DNA of 32,000 nucleotides from an uncultured Gammaproteobacteria bacterium (GTDB taxonomy: Bacteria; Pseudomonadota; Gammaproteobacteria; GCA-002705445; GCA-002716945): contig CAJWIW010000001.1 of NCBI GenBank assembly GCA_913041865.1, positions 4,862-36,861 of the forward strand, written 5' to 3'. Shown piece by piece: positions 27,181-32,000 of this stretch. The notes under the pieces are model-generated. The model did not search any database and was not told where the DNA came from. It saw nothing but the letters and a program-made list of their open reading frames with translations. Every line of letters begins with the position of its first letter. Position 1 is the first letter of the stretch. A program made the position numbers and the translations under genes.

Positions 27181-28971
27181 CTAATTTACTATGTAACTTT
27201 TTACAGAAGATATTGATGATTTAGCATCATATTTACCAAGGATAGTATCAATATTGCTCATGTATTCTTTTTCCAGAAGCTCTTTATCTGAATTTATAAA
27301 ATAACTATAAAGAGAGTAAAGTTCGCTATAGTTAGTCACCTCACATTTGTTGATTTTACTGTAGATATTTGGAGATTTAGATGTAAACGATGACGGTCTA
27401 AATGAAATTGTAGGGATTTTGGAAAACAATGACTCATATATAGCCGATGATTTAGGTGCTGAGATAACGAGATTTGAAATTCCTATTGCCTCATAAATAG
27501 ATAAATCTAGTTCATTTACATAGATAACATTTTCTTGAGAAATTAGAAAATCCAGTATCATGATAATTTCCTTATCATTTAGCCTTTTTATCTCCTCATA
27601 AGGCTTCTTTGTTTTAAATAGGTACATGGTATCTCTAGTATTCTCAACCAGCCTAGTCATTGTCTTGATAAAATCTTTATAACTATCCAAATTCATCACG
27701 CTATACAGCCCAACTGGGGAATCAAGGATGCATGCCAATTTCATATGAGTGGGTATTTTTAAACTACTTATGTAGTCCAAACGTTTTTTAGAATAATCAC
27801 CTATTCTTTCACACATAAAAGGTGAATTGTCTATATATGTTTCTACGTCATTATTAAGTGTTTTAAACCAATCATTTGAGATATTTGACGAAATAATCGT
27901 GTCATAGCACATAAACGAGTAATCCAAGCAATGAGTGAGGTTAGGATCATTTGCATTTTCAATTATCTGCTCTGTAATTGAAAAATATAAGAATATTGTT
28001 TCAACATTATATTCTTTATGTATCTTTTGTTCTGCCAACGATCTTGGAATCATGAAGCTAATAACTTTATTGACGCTCATTTTATTATGAAACGATTGCC
28101 ATTTAAGCTTTTCTGATAAATACTTATTGGAAAAGCTAGACAAGAATCCAAATTTTATTATCAGTAATACTAATTTGTATCTTAATTTAGAATTATCTCT
28201 ATATAAATCAAGTTTTTCTCTGAAAGATAATGTCTTAAAGATAGATTTGAGACTTAGAACATTATATCTACGTGATTTATATTTTTTGGGCCATTTATTA
28301 TTTATGTTACTATCATCAATAAATAAAACATCCTCTTTTTTTATCTCTGAGTCGTCAACTATAGAATCTTGATTAACAATTTCCCAACCAATCAGTCCAT
28401 CATCCATATGAATACAATATTTATAGCTTTTCTTCAAATCAATTTTTCCAAACATAAAGACAATATATTCAAGAAAGAAAGTTACTTTAAGTGTTAGAGC
28501 TAATATTTTTAATTTTGTATATAAATAATTAATAGCATAGTAAAGCTTTGATATATTTAACTTGATATCGTTTTTTGAATATCTACAATAATAATTTAGA
28601 ATTTTTGTATTACAATATTCTGGCCATACAATTGCTATTTCATTATCTGGAACTTTGCTTACATGAATACTAGATAAAATTATTTTTTTAAATTCAAGTG
28701 AGAGACTTTTTAAGATACTTTTTTTAAAAAATTCCGTATCTTGTGATATTTTACTAATTTCTGATTCGTAATTACTATCATAATACTTTCTTGCAAGATC
28801 ACTTGCTAAATAATCAGATTCTCTGTATTCGTGCGCAACCAATATGTCATCAGGAAGAATTAGAGTATTAGTTTTTTTGTTGCTGATATGTCTTTTATGA
28901 GCTACTATCCTTCTCCAAAAATATAGCTTTTGGAATATTGATTTTCTGCAAAAAATTATTGATTTGAACAA
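27181..28971 (-). CDS. Hypothetical 596-aa protein; possible GT-B-like surface-carbohydrate transferase
   Basis: Long uninterrupted ORF in the operon, very AT-rich and Lys/Ile/Asn/Ser-rich. The C-terminal part (VIYVNELDLSIYEAIGISNLVISAPKSSAIYESL) looks like the C-terminal Rossmann half of GT-B/capsule transferases. No motif is securely recognised. Confidence 0.6.
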   Translation of the reverse strand: MFKSIIFCRKSIFQKLYFWRRIVAHKRHISNKKTNTLILPDDILVAHEYRESDYLASDLARKYYDSNYESEISKISQDTEFFKKSILKSLSLEFKKIILSSIHVSKVPDNEIAIVWPEYCNTKILNYYCRYSKNDIKLNISKLYYAINYLYTKLKILALTLKVTFFLEYIVFMFGKIDLKKSYKYCIHMDDGLIGWEIVNQDSIVDDSEIKKEDVLFIDDSNINNKWPKKYKSRRYNVLSLKSIFKTLSFREKLDLYRDNSKLRYKLVLLIIKFGFLSSFSNKYLSEKLKWQSFHNKMSVNKVISFMIPRSLAEQKIHKEYNVETIFLYFSITEQIIENANDPNLTHCLDYSFMCYDTIISSNISNDWFKTLNNDVETYIDNSPFMCERIGDYSKKRLDYISSLKIPTHMKLACILDSPVGLYSVMNLDSYKDFIKTMTRLVENTRDTMYLFKTKKPYEEIKRLNDKEIIMILDFLISQENVIYVNELDLSIYEAIGISNLVISAPKSSAIYESLFSKIPTISFRPSSFTSKSPNIYSKINKCEVTNYSELYSLYSYFINSDKELLEKEYMSNIDTILGKYDAKSSISSVKSYIVN

Positions 28972-28988
28972 AAGTACTTTTGCTTATA

Positions 28989-29786
28989 TTACCAAGAAGT
29001 TCTACCACCATCTATTGCAACTACTGCGCCATTCATATAGCTACTAGCATCACTACACATGTATACTATAGTTGCCTTGTATTCATCTTGATTTGCCATT
29101 CGATTCATTGGTATTAGCTTTTCAATTTTTGATATAAATTTATCACTTTGATCGTTTTTCATACCTCCAGGAGCAAGAGCATTACATCTTACACCCTCCC
29201 TCGCCCAATATGTAGATGTGTACTTAGTCAAACCTATAATTCCATGTTTGATTATAGAATATGATACTGGCTTATAGCTGTTTTCATAAATCTCCTGATT
29301 CGGTGCGATAAGACCTAAATCTGAGGATATATTCAATATAACACCTCCCTTGTTCTTTGCCATATCATTTCCAAATATCTTTGTACATATCACTGCACCC
29401 ACAAGACCAACGCTTATCTCTTGATATAGCGTATCAATTTTAAATGATTCAAAAGATCCAGATTCAACGTTATCTCCACTAACTTTTGGATCTATTGCTG
29501 CATTATTTATTAATACTGATGGATAATTATGAAATCTTTTTTTAATAGTATTTTTGAGTTTTAATACAGCTTTTTCATCAGTTATATCAATTTTAAAAGT
29601 ATGAAGGTTATTATGAGAACCAAGAGATGTCTCTAATGATTTTATATTTTTGCTAGAGTTATCTAAAACAATTACACTAGACCCAGCATCAAGAAGTGCC
29701 TCCGTATGTTGCCTCCCTAGTAAACCTGCTCCACCTGTTATAATTGCCAATGTGTCTCTTAAATTAAATTTATCTAATGTATTCAT
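28989..29786 (-). CDS. Short-chain dehydrogenase/reductase
   Basis: ITGGAGLLGRQH, NNAA, YSIIKHG (YxxxK). Confidence 0.85.
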   Translation of the reverse strand: MNTLDKFNLRDTLAIITGGAGLLGRQHTEALLDAGSSVIVLDNSSKNIKSLETSLGSHNNLHTFKIDITDEKAVLKLKNTIKKRFHNYPSVLINNAAIDPKVSGDNVESGSFESFKIDTLYQEISVGLVGAVICTKIFGNDMAKNKGGVILNISSDLGLIAPNQEIYENSYKPVSYSIIKHGIIGLTKYTSTYWAREGVRCNALAPGGMKNDQSDKFISKIEKLIPMNRMANQDEYKATIVYMCSDASSYMNGAVVAIDGGRTSW

Positions 29787-29788
29787 TT

Positions 29789-30961
29789 TTACTCACCAAA
29801 GTATTTGAGAGTCTTTTTTAATGCATTAATTTGTACATCTCTTTCTTTTTTGGACGATTGATTAGTTGTGAAATTCATTAGCATTTTTTGTAATTTTATA
29901 GCAGTTGGTGTTTTACCTTTCCCTATTTTATTATTCTTAAAAGCAGGCTCTTGATGTTGTAATTTAGATGCAGCATATATTCCGTCACCTCCATATGAAA
30001 TATATTTTTTTCTGAAATCTGACCATGATACTCCTCTACTCTCTCCTATATATTTAGCAGAGAATGTATAATATGTATGATAATAACCTGAAAGAACTTT
30101 TTGTGGGATAAGAAATTCTGATCCACGAAGTGTTTTAGTATATGCTAAACCCATTTTTCTTCTTAGACTAATAAACTTCTCTGCTCTTTCTGTTTGAGCG
30201 AGTGCGACAGCCGCTGCCATCTGATTCATTCTATAATTGAAACCAATTATTTCAAATCTATCCCAATTTGGATTTTGTAATTTATCTCTATCAGTTCTTA
30301 CACGTCCACTTTTTGCAGTAAGGTTTTTAAAACCTAAGCCTCCTAGTTTTCTAATATGTGTAGCAAGTCTTTTATTTTTACATGTGATGATTCCACCATC
30401 TCCACAAGTTAATTGCTTGCTATTCTCGAAACTCCAGCTTCCAACATCACCAATCGTTCCAGTAATTCTTTTTTTATCATCTCTACCCAAATGGCATTGA
30501 GCACAGTCTTCCAAAACCTGCAGCTTATATTTTCTAGCAATTTTCATTATCTCTGTCATATTACAAACACCACCATACATATGAGTTACCAGAATTACTT
30601 TTGATCTTCTAGTTATCTTTGACTCTAAATCACATGGGTCCATCAAAAAAGTTTCCTCATCGACATCAACAAAAACTGGTGTTGCGCCAGTATAATATGG
30701 GGCTAGACCGCACATCAGTGGTGTTAGAGCTGGTGTCAACACTTCATCGCCTTTACCACATCCCATAGCAAGTAATGCAGCATGCATCGTAGTTGTGCCC
30801 GAGTTAAATGCGATGGCATAAGAAACTTTGTGTTTTTTTGCAAATAGAGCTTCTAATCTTGTTGTAAATGCTCCATCTGCTCCTGCTTTGAATCCAGAAG
30901 CCAATACTTCATCGATATACTTCCTCTCGTTTCCTTTAAATCTCCAATTAGTTTTCTTCAT
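29789..30961 (-). CDS. DegT/DnrJ/EryC1/StrS-family PLP aminotransferase (SpsC-like)
   Basis: Fold-type I sugar aminotransferase pattern: FNSGTTTMHAALLA, DEVLTPALT and the PLP-lysine context SFENSKQLTCGDGG. Confidence 0.85.
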   Translation of the reverse strand: MKKTNWRFKGNERKYIDEVLASGFKAGADGAFTTRLEALFAKKHKVSYAIAFNSGTTTMHAALLAMGCGKGDEVLTPALTPLMCGLAPYYTGATPVFVDVDEETFLMDPCDLESKITRRSKVILVTHMYGGVCNMTEIMKIARKYKLQVLEDCAQCHLGRDDKKRITGTIGDVGSWSFENSKQLTCGDGGIITCKNKRLATHIRKLGGLGFKNLTAKSGRVRTDRDKLQNPNWDRFEIIGFNYRMNQMAAAVALAQTERAEKFISLRRKMGLAYTKTLRGSEFLIPQKVLSGYYHTYYTFSAKYIGESRGVSWSDFRKKYISYGGDGIYAASKLQHQEPAFKNNKIGKGKTPTAIKLQKMLMNFTTNQSSKKERDVQINALKKTLKYFGE

Positions 30962-30982
30962 ATAGTTATATTTATCAATATT

Positions 30983-31720
30983 TTATATTGGTTTTTTCGA
31001 CTGATTAGATTGTCTGGCAGCCCACTCTTCATTTCTAAATGTATTCATACTCTCAATACTAGGATTATCCACAAGAAATCTGTGCAGCTGACTCCTTGTA
31101 GCAAAATGACCTAACTGTCTTAGTATCTTACATAATTTCTGATAATCCTCCTCATAGTCTAACGTCATCCTACTTGTGATTACATCATTATCTGGGTCTG
31201 TCATTCTGTAAATTTTTATTTCATTATGATCTAAAATAAAACTCGAAATCATCTCCGTATCTGTAGTTGGCTCTATAGTATTACATATTTTGGATAAAGC
31301 GTCATTCTTAATTGAGTAGCCTACGGTAGCGCCACCAAGTAATGAAGAGGGAGAAGGATAAATAATATCATACCCTTTATCTAAAAAACTCATGCTCCTG
31401 ATAACCTCTTCAGCACAAAAATATGGATCATCGGCATCAATAGAATGAAATCTATCGATATTAAAATTGTTACAACAATCATTCCATCTCTTTAGTTTAT
31501 TTTTTTCTGATCCACAAAAATACTTTACATCATTTTTTTTAGCAATATTTACTAATTCCTTATCTGAATCTTGTTCGGTAGTACATATGATAGGATCAAT
31601 TTTAAAAAACTTAACACGATTAATAATATGCTCAATCATCATTTTACCTCCAAAATCGAGAAAACATTTTCTTGGTAATCTTGTTGATGAGCTTCTAACT
31701 GTAATGAGAGCTTTAATCAT
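30983..31720 (-). CDS. SpsF-type cytidylyltransferase (CTP_transf_3 / acylneuraminate cytidylyltransferase family)
   Basis: N-terminal ITVRSSSTRLPRKCF...GKMMIEH matches the SpsF/FlmC-type R-x-x-S-x-RLP-x-K motif. Confidence 0.75.
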   Translation of the reverse strand: MIKALITVRSSSTRLPRKCFLDFGGKMMIEHIINRVKFFKIDPIICTTEQDSDKELVNIAKKNDVKYFCGSEKNKLKRWNDCCNNFNIDRFHSIDADDPYFCAEEVIRSMSFLDKGYDIIYPSPSSLLGGATVGYSIKNDALSKICNTIEPTTDTEMISSFILDHNEIKIYRMTDPDNDVITSRMTLDYEEDYQKLCKILRQLGHFATRSQLHRFLVDNPSIESMNTFRNEEWAARQSNQSKKPI

Positions 31721-32000
31721 TTATCAGTGTAAGTAAAAGAGCATTAAATCTTCGTCCATTCGAATCTTTGTAAAAGTTTTTTAAAGTACCTTCTGTTATA
31801 AATCCTTTTTTTTGTAATGACTTTATTGATCTGATATTTTCTTGTGATGTTAGAGCTGTGATACGATACATTTTATGATATTTTACTAATTCATCTAAGC
31901 AAAGATCTAATGCTGATCCAAATATTCCTTTTCCCCAAAAATCTGGAGATATTGCATATCCTATATGACATGATTCTCTTTTACGATCTATTTTATGTAT
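31713..32000 (-). CDS. GNAT-family N-acetyltransferase (RimJ/RimL/PseH-like), 5'-truncated by window edge
   Basis: Hand translation of the - strand from nt 32000 gives IHKIDRKRESCHIGYAISPDFWGKGIFGSALDLCLDELVKYHKMYRITALTSQENIRSIKSLQKKGFITEGTLKNFYKDSNGRRFNALLLTLIND*. WGKG plus the KKGF..EG pattern is typical of GNAT. Its stop overlaps the next ATG by 8 nt (ATGATTAA). Confidence 0.75.
   Translation of the reverse strand: MHKIDRKRESCHIGYAISPDFWGKGIFGSALDLCLDELVKYHKMYRITALTSQENIRSIKSLQKKGFITEGTLKNFYKDSNGRRFNALLLTLIND

Noticed and set aside
1-32000. A search by eye for tRNA/rRNA genes, CRISPR arrays, IS elements/inverted repeats, integrases, toxin-antitoxin pairs and known defence-system hallmarks.
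   Set aside because: Intergenic space is minimal; the largest gaps are 93, 64 and 52 nt. No spaced direct repeats were seen, and no ORF has transposase, integrase or defence-type nuclease/helicase motifs. The exported SNase-type nuclease does not fit a defence role. A computational scan (tRNAscan, Infernal, CRISPR finders) would be needed to be definitive.

Overview
AT-rich, tightly packed bacterial chromosome segment. The gene order (dnaK-dnaJ-dapB; fabD-fabG-acpP-fabF-pabC-tmk-holB) is typical of Gammaproteobacteria, and the many overlapping start/stop codons suggest a streamlined, possibly marine genome; that taxonomic reading is inference only. Nt 1-11,223 (+ strand) is a housekeeping block: dnaK (5'-truncated), dnaJ, dapB, fabD, fabG, acpP, fabF, pabC, tmk, holB, metX, a secreted SNase-type nuclease and a SHOCT-tailed lipoprotein. 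Everything after that is on the - strand. (i) A small operon encodes a TylF-like methyltransferase, a photolyase-related protein, a DCC/DUF393 protein and a 48-aa DUF2256 zinc-ribbon ORF that is missing from the ORF track. (ii) A >18 kb almost gap-free gene train (14,028 to the window end) looks like a cell-surface glycan island. It contains a complete phosphonate (C-P bond) biosynthesis core: PEP mutase fused to a TagD-like cytidylyltransferase, phosphonopyruvate decarboxylase and an Fe-alcohol dehydrogenase. That core is flanked by a TagB/TagF-family phosphotransferase, a 596-aa orphan, a TupABC-like oxyanion ABC importer nested in the operon, a PhyH-type Fe/2OG dioxygenase, a Gtr/Arn-like lipid-carrier glycosylation module (GT2 + TVP38/DedA + large GT-C-like membrane protein) and nucleotide-sugar tailoring genes. 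I found no rRNA, tRNA, CRISPR, IS element or integrase. The best candidate for a new system is the phosphonate cluster, which couples teichoic-acid-type enzyme logic (TagD-like + TagF-like) to a predicted 2-hydroxyethylphosphonate pathway with an embedded binding-protein-dependent transporter. All functional calls rest on motifs read by eye; no database search was possible.
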